From Nanobdellota archaeon (GTDB lineage Archaea > Nanobdellota > Nanobdellia > Pacearchaeales > GW2011-AR1): DNA of 64,000 nt. The stretch covers positions 17,328 through 81,327 of the forward strand of contig JBBSXB010000003.1 of NCBI GenBank assembly GCA_038046005.1, in the 5' to 3' direction. Position 1 is the stretch's first letter. Every line of letters starts with the position of its first letter. This document shows positions 10,005-19,864 of the stretch, piece by piece. The translations under genes and the position numbers were made by a program. The notes under the pieces were generated by a model. It saw only the letters and a list, made by a program, of their open reading frames with translations. It did not search any database and was not told where the DNA came from.

Positions 10005-10763
10005 ATGGTCAATATCATTTATTCTGACAAGTTTACAGATGAAGAAGTAAATTTATTAAATAAAAAATTTAAAATAATTTTTACCAAATTCAAAGAATTT
10101 GATTCTTTAAGCATGGAAATTGGTTATAAAGAAAAAAGAAAATATACGATTGGTAAACCTATTGGGACTTTGTTTATTGAAAGAATTTCTAAAAAAACTC
10201 CAAATTTTGCGCAAGCAAGCGCTAATATTCACAGATTAATTTTGTCTGTTAAACCTTATGAAGAAATTAGTTTTTATAACCTCGGCCATGAATTATCTCA
10301 TTTTTTGCAGTATAATAATACAATTCCATTTGGTGAGCTAAACTCTGATATTTTTGTGTTATCAAAAGGAGAACCTTTTTTGGATGATATTCCTGTTTAC
10401 TTTTTCTATTCATTAATACTTCTTAACAATAAAATTAATGAGGAAAAAATTGATTCTACTCTAAAATTTGAAGAATTAATAGATTTTATAGAAAAATATT
10501 TTAAATCTAAGGATAAACACACTGATTTTAGATTACTAATCTCTGATGGATGCAAGAAATTATTACAATCAAAAAAATTTAACGATGACTTTATTTTTTT
10601 ATTGGCTGAAACTTACGATTTGATTTTAAAATATTTAAAAAAATCAGCAACAACTTATAGGGAAATATCTAAAATGGAAGTGCATAAAAGGGAAGAAATT
10701 TCACTAGATATAATTAACAAAGTTGAAAATTTACCCAATGATATTGTTAATGCTCTAAACTGA
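10005..10763 (+). CDS. hypothetical protein with HExxH (HELSHF) motif, putative zinc metallopeptidase-like
   Basis: 252 aa; LGHELSHFLQY zincin-like motif. The same HELSHF motif recurs in the 257-aa ORF at 55988..56761. Confidence 0.4.
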   Translation: MVNIIYSDKFTDEEVNLLNKKFKIIFTKFKEFDSLSMEIGYKEKRKYTIGKPIGTLFIERISKKTPNFAQASANIHRLILSVKPYEEISFYNLGHELSHFLQYNNTIPFGELNSDIFVLSKGEPFLDDIPVYFFYSLILLNNKINEEKIDSTLKFEELIDFIEKYFKSKDKHTDFRLLISDGCKKLLQSKKFNDDFIFLLAETYDLILKYLKKSATTYREISKMEVHKREEISLDIINKVENLPNDIVNALN

Positions 10764-10797
10764 TTTTAATAATTTTGTTTGTAACACAAACACCTTT

Positions 10798-12987
10798 TTA
10801 CTGATTCTCAGCCAAACCTTTTCTGCTTCTTATTTTCCTTATTACTTCATCCTGCAATGAGGTGGGTGTTTTTTCGAAGAACTGATCAGATAAAGATGAA
10901 ACTCCTCTTCCTTCTGTTGCAGATCTTAAATCAGAACTCCATCCAAGCATTTCAGCGACGGGAAGTTTTGCTTCTATTGTGACTCCAGAATCATCTTGCT
11001 TGACATCTAAAAGTTGTCCTCTCTTGCTGGATATTAACTTATTCACTTCTCCCAAAAATGAAGTTGGCGCTTCTATTATGTGAACTTGAATAGGCTCAAA
11101 CATTGAGGGTGATGCTTCTTTCATTGCTTCTTTGATTGACTCTCTCACTGCTGGATAAACTTGAGCCGGACCTCTGTGAATTGCATCCTCGTGAAGTTTT
11201 ATATCTGCTAAAGAAATTTTCATTTTCATGCATGGCTCTCTTGCCAAAGGTCCTTGGTTTATAACCATTTCAAACGCGTCTAAAATCATATCTATTACTT
11301 CTCCAAGATGGACTTCTCCTCTTGTTTCATCCACTAACATATTCCCTTTATAGACATCTCTTATACCTCTTATAGAATCTCCATCCCATCCTAATTTTGA
11401 CAGCACATCAAACGCTTCCTGACTTTTCTTTTTTATTCTTCCCTCTCTCAATTCTCCGTTTCTTATCGCCTGATAAACATCATCTTCTAATGGCTCAACG
11501 CTCATAAAGAAGCTGTTATGTTTGTTTGGGCTTCTTCCTTCAACAGCTCCTGATTTTTTTAAAACTGTTTCTCTATAAACAATAATTGGTGAAGAAGTCC
11601 TTATTGATAACCCTTTTTCAGTCCTTATTCTGTTTTCAATTATTTCAAGATGCAATTCTCCCATTCCAGACATAAGATTTTCTCCCGTCTGCTCATTGAT
11701 TTCAATTTTTATAGACGGATCTTCTTTTCCAACTTTTTTCAATATTTCAACAAGCTTTGGCAAGTCAGCTGTTTTTTCAACTTCAATGGCTTTAGTGATA
11801 ACCGGTTCAAAAATATGTTTTAATTCTTCGAATGGAGTTTGTGGCTCTAATGTGATTGTTTCTCCGGCTTCTCCCGCAATACCAGAAATAGCCAAGACAT
11901 TTCCTGCAACAATTTCATCAATTTGTTCTGGTTTTATTCCATTATACACAAAAAGCTGTTGAATCTTTTGTCTTTGTTTTGCAAGATTAAGATAAACTTC
12001 CGTGCCAGGTTTTAATGTTCCTGAGAAAAGTCTTCCGGCAGAAATTTCTTTTCCAGATCTTGGCTCAATAACAATTCTTGTAACAACAAACGCAATCTCT
12101 CCTTTTGGATTGCAATTTTTTAAATCTTTTCCGAAATCAGTTTCAGAATCTCCATGCCATATTTTTGGAATTCTATACTTCTGAGCTTCAATTGGATTTG
12201 GAAGATGCTTTACTACCATGTCTAAAAGAACTTCGTAAAGAGGCGCGTTTTTCCAGCACCACTCTTTTCTATCCTCTTCACTCATTTCATAAAGTGCTAA
12301 AATGTCCTTGAAATTAATTCCCTTTTTTTGCATGAATGGAACAGACATTGCCCAGTTTTCCCTTGCTGATCCGAATGCAACGCTTCCATTTTTGATGTCA
12401 ACAGCCCAACTTTCTTTAAATTCACTCTCCGCCACTTTTCTTATTAATTCATTGAATTCGTGGAAAATTTCAACAAATCTTTGCTGCATTTGTTCCGGAG
12501 TCAGTTTCAATTCTTTTATTAATCTGTCAACTTTATTTATGAACAAAACAGGTCTTACTCTTTCTCTTAATGCTTGTTTGACTACTGTTTCTGTTTGTGG
12601 CATTATCCCCTCAACAGCACATACCAAAACAATAGTTCCGTCTATGGCCCTCATAGCTCTTGTAACATTTCCGGAGAAATCGACGTGACCAGGAGTGTCA
12701 ATCAAGTTAATCAGATATTCTTCCCCATGATAGTCATGAACCATTGAGACATTTGCAGCGTCAACTGTCATAAGTCTTTCCTGTTCATCAGAATGTTGCC
12801 ATGTTGCCATTCCTGCTTCAAGGTCTCCTGCAGATTTCGAGGCCATGTAACCGGATGCGGCAAGAAGATTGTCTGTCAAAGCAGTTTTACCATGATGAAT
12901 ATGTGCCGAAGTCGCAATATTCCTAATATTCTTTTGGTACTTATTGATTCTCTTTATCTTGTCAAATTGTGATTCTTTTTCTGCCAT
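10798..12987 (-). CDS. fusA: translation elongation factor EF-2
   Basis: AHIHHGKTALTDNLL G-domain, DTPGHVDF; 729 aa. The diphthamide-region-like GEVHLGEV... segment is present. Confidence 0.95.
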   Translation of the reverse strand: MAEKESQFDKIKRINKYQKNIRNIATSAHIHHGKTALTDNLLAASGYMASKSAGDLEAGMATWQHSDEQERLMTVDAANVSMVHDYHGEEYLINLIDTPGHVDFSGNVTRAMRAIDGTIVLVCAVEGIMPQTETVVKQALRERVRPVLFINKVDRLIKELKLTPEQMQQRFVEIFHEFNELIRKVAESEFKESWAVDIKNGSVAFGSARENWAMSVPFMQKKGINFKDILALYEMSEEDRKEWCWKNAPLYEVLLDMVVKHLPNPIEAQKYRIPKIWHGDSETDFGKDLKNCNPKGEIAFVVTRIVIEPRSGKEISAGRLFSGTLKPGTEVYLNLAKQRQKIQQLFVYNGIKPEQIDEIVAGNVLAISGIAGEAGETITLEPQTPFEELKHIFEPVITKAIEVEKTADLPKLVEILKKVGKEDPSIKIEINEQTGENLMSGMGELHLEIIENRIRTEKGLSIRTSSPIIVYRETVLKKSGAVEGRSPNKHNSFFMSVEPLEDDVYQAIRNGELREGRIKKKSQEAFDVLSKLGWDGDSIRGIRDVYKGNMLVDETRGEVHLGEVIDMILDAFEMVINQGPLAREPCMKMKISLADIKLHEDAIHRGPAQVYPAVRESIKEAMKEASPSMFEPIQVHIIEAPTSFLGEVNKLISSKRGQLLDVKQDDSGVTIEAKLPVAEMLGWSSDLRSATEGRGVSSLSDQFFEKTPTSLQDEVIRKIRSRKGLAENQ

Positions 12988-13061
12988 GAAATTTGTCCTA
13001 ATGCATATTTAGAATATACTTTAATTGAAAAAATGCTTTTTAAAGTTGTTGGTAAGAAAAA

Positions 13062-13496
13062 CTATTTGTGCTCACAATTATCTGGCACTCTGATATGATT
13101 AACATGATATTTCTTCATAAATTCAATAGTTCTCGAATCTTTATCAAATGGTCCACCAAATCCAACATAACCATGTGGGCATCCACCCATTTCTTCACTT
13201 ATTATTTTTCCATCGCCTGTTTTTAACTCCTCTACTTTTATAACCATTCTATTCAGTTCAGGCTCGTATTCTACACTAAATGCTTCTATAGTTGCGCTAA
13301 AGTTTGCATATTTTGACGAGTGTTTTATTGGACCAACCTGATTTACCAGAATTTTAAATTCATCAGAAACAGATTTTTCCAATTCGGAGACTTCATCTTT
13401 AAAGCCTTCCCAAATTTGTTTTCTTACTTCTTGTATTCTTTTCACTCTCTCTTGATAAGAATTATTAACTGCTTTAAGTTGTTCTTCGAAACCCAT
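13062..13496 (-). CDS. hypothetical protein (144 aa)
   Basis: Intact ORF inserted between S7 and EF-2; C-terminal GGCPHGYVGFGGPF...DNCEHK. Confidence 0.4.
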   Translation of the reverse strand: MGFEEQLKAVNNSYQERVKRIQEVRKQIWEGFKDEVSELEKSVSDEFKILVNQVGPIKHSSKYANFSATIEAFSVEYEPELNRMVIKVEELKTGDGKIISEEMGGCPHGYVGFGGPFDKDSRTIEFMKKYHVNHIRVPDNCEHK

Positions 13497-13634
13497 ACTA
13501 AGATTATAAGATTGTTATTTATAAGAATTATTGTACTAAGTTATCTAAATTCAAGAGGACTTGTACCTAAATTCAAAACCATTAGGTATATTCTTTTGTA
13601 TTTTTGAAATATAGTCTAAATTCTTTTGCCAGGC

Positions 13635-14042
13635 CTAGACTTCAATTATGCTATCTAAAAGATTTATATCTATCTTTGCTCCACCATTAGAAGCAGAAGC
13701 ATTGAGATTCTGGAAATTTATTTTTTCAATTTTTAATGTTTTTCTGCCCTGCCATGGTAGAGGAACATCTCTGTCAAGATTTTTATTTCTGTCAATTTCA
13801 GAATTAAACCACTCTGAATATAATCTTAAAACCTCCTGTTTAGTGCAACAAACATCGCCTCGGATTTTTGTACCAAGTAAACTAACTGATGTTTGAGTAG
13901 ATGTAGCGATTTCACCAGCCATTTGATTTATGGGTGAATAATCAAAACCTGAGTCCTTATCTACTGAGAAATATGCTGTTGCGTTTTTAATCGGAATAAA
14001 ACTTAATATCTTTTCTAAATCAGAAATTTTTATGTCACTCAT
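13635..14042 (-). CDS. hypothetical protein (135 aa)
   Basis: Intact ORF inserted between S7 and EF-2. Confidence 0.4.
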   Translation of the reverse strand: MSDIKISDLEKILSFIPIKNATAYFSVDKDSGFDYSPINQMAGEIATSTQTSVSLLGTKIRGDVCCTKQEVLRLYSEWFNSEIDRNKNLDRDVPLPWQGRKTLKIEKINFQNLNASASNGGAKIDINLLDSIIEV

Positions 14043-14087
14043 GTCTAATTTTATAATTTCACCCTTTAAAAGAATTATGGTGATGAT

Positions 14088-14699
14088 TTACCTTGCGCTG
14101 TCAGCCTGAGCTTCAGCTTCTTTTTTCTTTCTGACAGCAAAACTATCTCCATTATTGTCTGCAGCAAGCATTATCTCTTCAGCTAGTCCTTGAACAATAG
14201 TTTTCTTTTTTCCGAAAGCTTTATCTGATGCGCCATGAACAATGTGTTTTACTGCAAGGTTAACTCTTCTTAAAGGTGAGACATCAACAGCTTGGGGATA
14301 TCTTGCCCCACCATATTCTATGACTGTTATTTCATCTCTGGGTGCAGAATTTTCTATCGCTTTAATAAGAACTTGCACTGGATTTTTCCCAGTTTTTTCG
14401 GCAACTATCTTTAGTGCATCCAAAACAGTTCCCATGTTTTTTGTATACTTTCCGCTTGATCTTCCAAACATTATCCTGTGCTTTTTACCTCTATGCCCAG
14501 CAACGGCAAGCTTATTCATAAGCCTTTCAACAATGTTGACTTTTAACTGCCCCATTTTCTGGACATTTCTTCCATAGCTTTTTAGGATTAATTTTGGCTC
14601 AAGGTTTATTACATCTTTTAGCCCCGGATCTTCTACTACAATTTCTTGCATATCATAAAGATCAAATATCTTAAAAATTGGAAGTTTAGTTTGTATCAT
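14088..14699 (-). CDS. rps7: 30S ribosomal protein S7
   Basis: Archaeal/eukaryotic S5e-type S7 sequence (KHRIMFGRSSGKYTK..., ENSAPRDEITVIEYGGARYPQAVDVSPLRRVNLA). Confidence 0.9.
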   Translation of the reverse strand: MIQTKLPIFKIFDLYDMQEIVVEDPGLKDVINLEPKLILKSYGRNVQKMGQLKVNIVERLMNKLAVAGHRGKKHRIMFGRSSGKYTKNMGTVLDALKIVAEKTGKNPVQVLIKAIENSAPRDEITVIEYGGARYPQAVDVSPLRRVNLAVKHIVHGASDKAFGKKKTIVQGLAEEIMLAADNNGDSFAVRKKKEAEAQADSAR

Positions 14700-14700
14700 T

Positions 14701-14856
14701 TTATTTTTTGTATTCTATATAGACAGTTCCTGATGGAGTAGTCTTAACTGTAGCATTATCTTCATTTAGCCTTAAACCAAGTTTTAAAACTAATCCCTTT
14801 CCCAATACAACAGTTGTTACTGTGTCATATCTTGGTTGATATTTATTTTCTATCAT
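14701..14856 (-). CDS. possible small ORF (51 aa) between S12 and S7
   Basis: Reverse-strand reading gives MIENKYQPRYDTVTTVVLGKGLVLKLGLRLNEDNATVKTTPSGTVYIEYKK. It is below the ORF-track cutoff and its ATG lies 1 nt after the upstream stop, so its reality is uncertain. Confidence 0.2.
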   Translation of the reverse strand: MIENKYQPRYDTVTTVVLGKGLVLKLGLRLNEDNATVKTTPSGTVYIEYKK

Positions 14857-14857
14857 T

Positions 14858-15088
14858 TTAATCTAAAAGTTCCCCGCTTCTTGCTAATGGTGTAACAATC
14901 ATAACCAATTTTCCATCTTTTCTTTTTTTTATCTCAACAGGATTATCAAACTGATGGGTTTGATAATCCCCTCCTCTTATTCTTGTTTGACCGTCCTCAC
15001 CAAGATATTTTACTTCTCCCCATACATTTTGTTTATCTGTAAATAATATATCATTAGGTATTCTGTCTCCAACTTCGTATTCTGTCAT
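14858..15088 (-). CDS. hypothetical small protein (76 aa) inserted between S12 and S7
   Basis: Intact ORF abutting S12 (2 nt gap); no motif. Confidence 0.35.
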   Translation of the reverse strand: MTEYEVGDRIPNDILFTDKQNVWGEVKYLGEDGQTRIRGGDYQTHQFDNPVEIKKRKDGKLVMIVTPLARSGELLD

Positions 15089-15089
15089 T

Positions 15090-15512
15090 TTATCTTCTAC
15101 CCTTTTCTATTTTTCCTCTAACTAAAAGATGCAGAGGTTGATCATTTACTTGAATTACCTGATATCTGACTCCAGGAATGTCTCCCTTACTTCTTCCTTG
15201 CTTTCCACCAATTCTTTCTATAAGAACTTCATCGTGTTCATCAATAAATTTTTGTGCCAGATTACCTGGAATAAATGCTGTTACAGATTTTCCATTTTTC
15301 TTTAGCTGAACTTTGCAGCATTTTCTCATTGCTGAGTTTGGCTGTTTTGCTTCTTTTTGAATTTTTGAAAGAACAATTCCCCTTGCTTGATTTGCCCCCT
15401 CTAATGGGTCAGATTTTGCGTAAAGATTTAGAGTCTTAACTATGTAATGTCTGTCACTCCATCTAAATTTTTTCCTATCTTTGACTTTCTTTTTTGCAGC
15501 TTTTAATGACAT
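15090..15512 (-). CDS. rps12: 30S ribosomal protein S12
   Basis: [25 protein letters not shown]...RGGRVKDLPGVRY-type S12/S23e sequence; 140 aa. Confidence 0.9.
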   Translation of the reverse strand: MSLKAAKKKVKDRKKFRWSDRHYIVKTLNLYAKSDPLEGANQARGIVLSKIQKEAKQPNSAMRKCCKVQLKKNGKSVTAFIPGNLAQKFIDEHDEVLIERIGGKQGRSKGDIPGVRYQVIQVNDQPLHLLVRGKIEKGRR

Positions 15513-15558
15513 ATGATTATACGAGAAAATTAGTTTTTAAACCTTATTGTGGAGGAAT

Positions 15559-15837
15559 TTATCTTAACAATGAATAGTGCAAGAACTCATTTAAACTGTA
15601 ATCTCTTTCTTGTTTCTTTTCTTTTTGCCCACCCCATTCAGAAATAAATGAAGTTAAAACATCTGTTAGAGATTTTTTTCTTGGTGGATTATTACTAATT
15701 CTTATTTTATCTCCTTGAACTCTACTTACATAACCAACAACGAATTTTTGCGGGCCTCGCAAGACTACTTTTTTCCCAATATCCTTTTCGGAAATATCTA
15801 CTGCAAGTTTTTGAGGATACGAAGGAAAGTCTTTCAT
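15559..15837 (-). CDS. hypothetical protein (92 aa), possibly a divergent L30e-like protein
   Basis: GKKVVLRGPQKF...KIRISNNPP loosely recalls the L30e GKxVLG...KLVIIAxNxPP pattern, but the match is weak and the gene order is non-canonical. Confidence 0.3.
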   Translation of the reverse strand: MKDFPSYPQKLAVDISEKDIGKKVVLRGPQKFVVGYVSRVQGDKIRISNNPPRKKSLTDVLTSFISEWGGQKEKKQERDYSLNEFLHYSLLR

Positions 15838-15879
15838 AGAATCATTACTCGCCTCTCCCCTTTAAATATTATTCGTTTT

Positions 15880-16296
15880 TCACTGAATCCTAAACTCTTT
15901 TCCAAAAAAATCCTTTATGATTTTTTGCATCTCTAAAAGTCTTCTCTTGTTTCTTCCTATAAGTGCGGCTTTGTTTTGTGAACTTGCATTCAACACAATC
16001 TCTCCTTCATTAATACTCAGGTCTTTGAATGTTACAGGGTCAACAATATTCTGCACAAATTGTTTGGCGTATTCAATTCCTTCAGGCATGGGAATGATTC
16101 TAATCCTTCTCCCAAGAATTTCACTAATTCTTCTTATGTTTCTGGCCTTTTCTCCCAAAGCTCTAGGTATTAGTGGTTTAGGGATGCAATAAAAAATTGT
16201 TTCATTATATTTAAAACAGAAATTAGTTCTGACACCTGTGACTTTCTCAAACAAGTTGAGATGTCTCATAATCTGCATGTCAATAGTTGTATCCAT
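15880..16296 (-). CDS. nusA: archaeal NusA-like KH-domain transcription factor
   Basis: KH-domain sequence (IIPMPEGIEYAKQFVQNIV...LIGRNKRRLLEMQKII) and conserved position between rpoA and S12. Confidence 0.7.
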   Translation of the reverse strand: MDTTIDMQIMRHLNLFEKVTGVRTNFCFKYNETIFYCIPKPLIPRALGEKARNIRRISEILGRRIRIIPMPEGIEYAKQFVQNIVDPVTFKDLSINEGEIVLNASSQNKAALIGRNKRRLLEMQKIIKDFFGKEFRIQ

Positions 16297-16368
16297 AGTG
16301 TATTATTCTCTTAAAAAAAATTTCTTTATAAATTTATGCTTAATAAGTTTATTTGAGAAAACAAAGAT

Positions 16369-19300
16369 TTATTTATTTGCCCTGTCAACTATCTCGCTTT
16401 TGGCAGTTTTCAATTCACTATCTTTCTTTTTCAAAGGTCCGACAATTTGAACAAGCAGTCCAGGTAATCCGGTTCCAACCGGAACAGGCTGATTCAAAAT
16501 TATGTTTTCTATTACACTTGTTAATTTATCCTTGCTTCCTTTTATCGTCGCATTTACAAATTGTTTTACAGGAGTTTCAAAAGTCGCTCTTGCCAAAATC
16601 GAGGCTTTTTGCGCTATGATTCCTATTCTTGTAACTCCCTTAACATCTCCAGTATTAGTCATCGCATCTGCAACAAGCTTCAAGTGTCTCTGATCAATGT
16701 CAAGTCCTTGAGGTTTTATAACAGCCTTGATTTCCTCAATAATCAGCTGTCTTGCAACTTCAATTCCAAAAACTTCCGCAACTTCATGAAGGTCATTTGA
16801 AATTGTTTTATTAGGGTTTACTTCTTTGAACAACAAAACTTTTTTCAAGTTAGTTCCCAAAGTTACAATAACATAATCTCCTTCTCTCTTGACAATCAAC
16901 ACTTGCTTGACTCCTTTTATTCCAGAAATGATTGTGTCTTTTACCTTTTCTTTAAGATTATAAATTTCCTTGAAACCTTGATCTTCCAAACTCAAAGTTA
17001 TAGAATCACTTTTCTCTTTAACCTTAAATCCAAGTTCATTCAATCTTGACACAACACTTCCAATAGACATATGGACTCTTTTTAATCCTTCTTTGTCAAT
17101 TTTTATTTCAATTTTCTTATCGGTAAAATCAAGATTAACTTCAGAAGCTATTTCTTTCATAGTGACTTCTTTTATTTTTTCAGCAAGAACTTTGGCATCT
17201 TTTTCATTGTCATATTCTTTTTTCAAATATATCTCCATTTTTGGTGAAGAAGGTTTTTTTCTCGCATCAAATATTTCAATAAGTCTTGGAAGTCCTTGAG
17301 TTACCTGCATTTCAGAAACCCCTGCATAGTGGAATGTTCTCAAGACCATTTGTGTTGAAGGTTCTCCAAAAGACTGTGCAGTTATGATTCCAATAGCTTC
17401 TCCCGGCTCAAGCTCTTTCTTGTCATATTGCTTTGCTACGTCTATTCCATCATCTCCATAAATGAACTGTATTATATTATTATTGCTGTCTCTTATTGTT
17501 CCGTCATATTCTTTTCTTAAATCTTGCAGCGCATTTGCCAATCTTCTGTACAAATAACCGGACTTAGGAGTTCTCAAAGCCGTATCCATAAGTGTTGCTC
17601 TTCCGGTTATTGCTCCAAAGAAAAATTCGCTAGGCCTCAGTCCTTTGATAAATGAACTTGCAATGAACCCTCTTGATTGTGGGGAAAGATCTCCTTTCTT
17701 GAAAAAAGATAAAGTTCTTCCAGTGTAACCAATATCAATTCTTTTTGCTTCCAAGTCCTGTTGTCCGACGCAACAAGCCATCTGCGTTATGTTAAGTATG
17801 TTTCCGCCACCACCACTTCTTATCATGTATGTAACTGGATTTTCTTCAGGGAACTGATCTTTGATTAATTCCCCAATTTTTGTTCTTACTTCATTCAAAG
17901 TCCTGAGTATCTTTATTTCCCTTGATTCTTCAATACTTTTTCCAGGAAGCAATTCAAGCGTTCCGTTATTACATTCATCTATTATTTCATAAGCTTTCTT
18001 TTCAGCCCTCTCTATAACTTTTTTAGATTCGTCAGCTATTTTTTCATCAACATCAAAATCTTCCAAGGCGATTGTGATTCCTTTGTCGTTCAAATAATTC
18101 TTCCCAAGATTGAATGCTTTTTTTATTGTCTCAAAAGTTTCATATCTGCCAAATTTTCTGTCAAGCTCCCTTATCAATTCTCCGTCTTCTTGCCCAAACA
18201 ATGTCTTATCAATGATTCCTTTAATTACTTCCCCATCTTTTATTGTTATAGAATTGTTTGAAAAGTTGACTTTTGGAAGTATGTTTGAGAAAATTTCCAT
18301 GCCTGAAATTGTTTTTTTTGTGAAAACATGGTCAATTCCAGATTGATAAAACAATTGATTAACATACTCTTTTGAAAAATTCTCTAGCCCTAAAAGATAA
18401 TTCCCTGTTATTGAATCTGCGATGCAACCTATCTGATTGGTCCCATTCTTTGAAGAAATCAGATTTTCTTTTACGTCCAAAAGCACTTTTGCTTCTGCTC
18501 TTGCTTCTTCTGTTTGAGGAGAGTGGATGTTCATTTCATCTCCGTCAAAATCAGCGTTATAAGGAGCAGCAACGGCTGGATGGAGTCTGAAAGTTCTTCC
18601 AGGCAAAACTCTTACATAATGTGCCATCAGACTTCCTTTGTGAAGGCTCGGGTGTCTGTTGAATAAAACAATGTCCCCATTTCTCAAATGTCTCTCGACT
18701 TGGTATCCCGGTGTCAATTCACTTATTATTTCATCCTTTAAATCCGGCGTTATTTTTTTTCTTTTTCCGTCGGGTCTTATTACATAATTTGCTCCAGGAT
18801 ATTCTTCACCCTTTTTTATTAGTGCCTTCATGTTCTCAAAATTAAGATCGTTGACAGTCTCTGCAACAGTAACAACTCTTGCAATTTCGTAGGGAATTCC
18901 AACCTCATTAATCTGGATTGAGGGGTCAGGCGAAATAACTGTTCTTCCAGAATAATTTACTCTTTTACCTGCAAGATTTTTTCTTATTCTTCCTTCTTTT
19001 CCTTTTATTCTTTCTGAAATTGTTTTCAATGGCTGGCCGCTTCTGTGCCTTGCAGGAGGAATTCTTGCAACAGTGTTATCAAAAAAAGTTGTTATATGGA
19101 ATTGCAGTAAATCCCACAAATCTTCTATAATTACTTCCGGTGCTCCGGCATTCAGATTTTCCCACAATCTTTGATTTGCTCTTATAATATCAGAAAGCTT
19201 GTGTGTTAAGTCATCTTCACTTCTTTCTCCAGTTTCAAGAATGATACTTGGTCTGACTGTTACAGGAGGAACTAAAAGTCCTGTTAAGACTCCCCACTCT

Positions 19301-19857
19301 GGTCTGCATGAACTAGGTTCAACCCCAATTTTTCTTAATTCAGCGTCTGGAATATTAGATAGAATTTCTCTTATTTCCGTTGGGAACATTCTTGACTTTC
19401 CCTTGTAGAAAGTTGTTGGCTTTTCAAGCTTTACTTTTTCATTGGCTGTTTGACAGTATGGGCATTTTTTAACATCTTTTGCTCTCTTTACTCTTTGACT
19501 TGGGGGATATTTTGTAAGATCTTTTTCTTCAAGCATAAGTTTTCCACAGGCTCTACAAAAACATCTTAAACCCATTTCTATTAAAGGTACATAATTAAGA
19601 TGAATAACTGATCTTGCAAGGTCAATACTTCCTGGATGCCCTAAACATTCTTTTATTCTTCCCCCACAAGTCCTGCATCTTACTCCCGGATCAATTGCTC
19701 CAAGTCTTAAATCCATCAAACCACCGTCGACAGGATAGCCGTCAATATCATAAAGTTCTGGAGTCACAATTTTTGCAGAAGATAATTTTTTAATCTGCTC
19801 CGGACTAAATAAGTTGAACCTTATTTCCCCGATTTTTTTTCTTAGTCTTTTTTGCAT
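16369..19857 (-). CDS. rpoA: DNA-directed RNA polymerase subunit A, with A' and A'' apparently fused in one 1162-aa ORF
   Basis: Zn-binding N-terminus (CRTCGGRIKECLGHPGSIDLA). Catalytic NADFDGDEMN, bridge-helix region (TGRATLMDTALRTPKSGYLYRRL) and A''-type trigger-loop region (GIITAQSFGEPSTQMVLRTFHYAGV) all lie in one uninterrupted frame. Confidence 0.9.
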   Translation of the reverse strand: MQKRLRKKIGEIRFNLFSPEQIKKLSSAKIVTPELYDIDGYPVDGGLMDLRLGAIDPGVRCRTCGGRIKECLGHPGSIDLARSVIHLNYVPLIEMGLRCFCRACGKLMLEEKDLTKYPPSQRVKRAKDVKKCPYCQTANEKVKLEKPTTFYKGKSRMFPTEIREILSNIPDAELRKIGVEPSSCRPEWGVLTGLLVPPVTVRPSIILETGERSEDDLTHKLSDIIRANQRLWENLNAGAPEVIIEDLWDLLQFHITTFFDNTVARIPPARHRSGQPLKTISERIKGKEGRIRKNLAGKRVNYSGRTVISPDPSIQINEVGIPYEIARVVTVAETVNDLNFENMKALIKKGEEYPGANYVIRPDGKRKKITPDLKDEIISELTPGYQVERHLRNGDIVLFNRHPSLHKGSLMAHYVRVLPGRTFRLHPAVAAPYNADFDGDEMNIHSPQTEEARAEAKVLLDVKENLISSKNGTNQIGCIADSITGNYLLGLENFSKEYVNQLFYQSGIDHVFTKKTISGMEIFSNILPKVNFSNNSITIKDGEVIKGIIDKTLFGQEDGELIRELDRKFGRYETFETIKKAFNLGKNYLNDKGITIALEDFDVDEKIADESKKVIERAEKKAYEIIDECNNGTLELLPGKSIEESREIKILRTLNEVRTKIGELIKDQFPEENPVTYMIRSGGGGNILNITQMACCVGQQDLEAKRIDIGYTGRTLSFFKKGDLSPQSRGFIASSFIKGLRPSEFFFGAITGRATLMDTALRTPKSGYLYRRLANALQDLRKEYDGTIRDSNNNIIQFIYGDDGIDVAKQYDKKELEPGEAIGIITAQSFGEPSTQMVLRTFHYAGVSEMQVTQGLPRLIEIFDARKKPSSPKMEIYLKKEYDNEKDAKVLAEKIKEVTMKEIASEVNLDFTDKKIEIKIDKEGLKRVHMSIGSVVSRLNELGFKVKEKSDSITLSLEDQGFKEIYNLKEKVKDTIISGIKGVKQVLIVKREGDYVIVTLGTNLKKVLLFKEVNPNKTISNDLHEVAEVFGIEVARQLIIEEIKAVIKPQGLDIDQRHLKLVADAMTNTGDVKGVTRIGIIAQKASILARATFETPVKQFVNATIKGSKDKLTSVIENIILNQPVPVGTGLPGLLVQIVGPLKKKDSELKTAKSEIVDRANK

Positions 19858-19864
19858 TTTTTAT

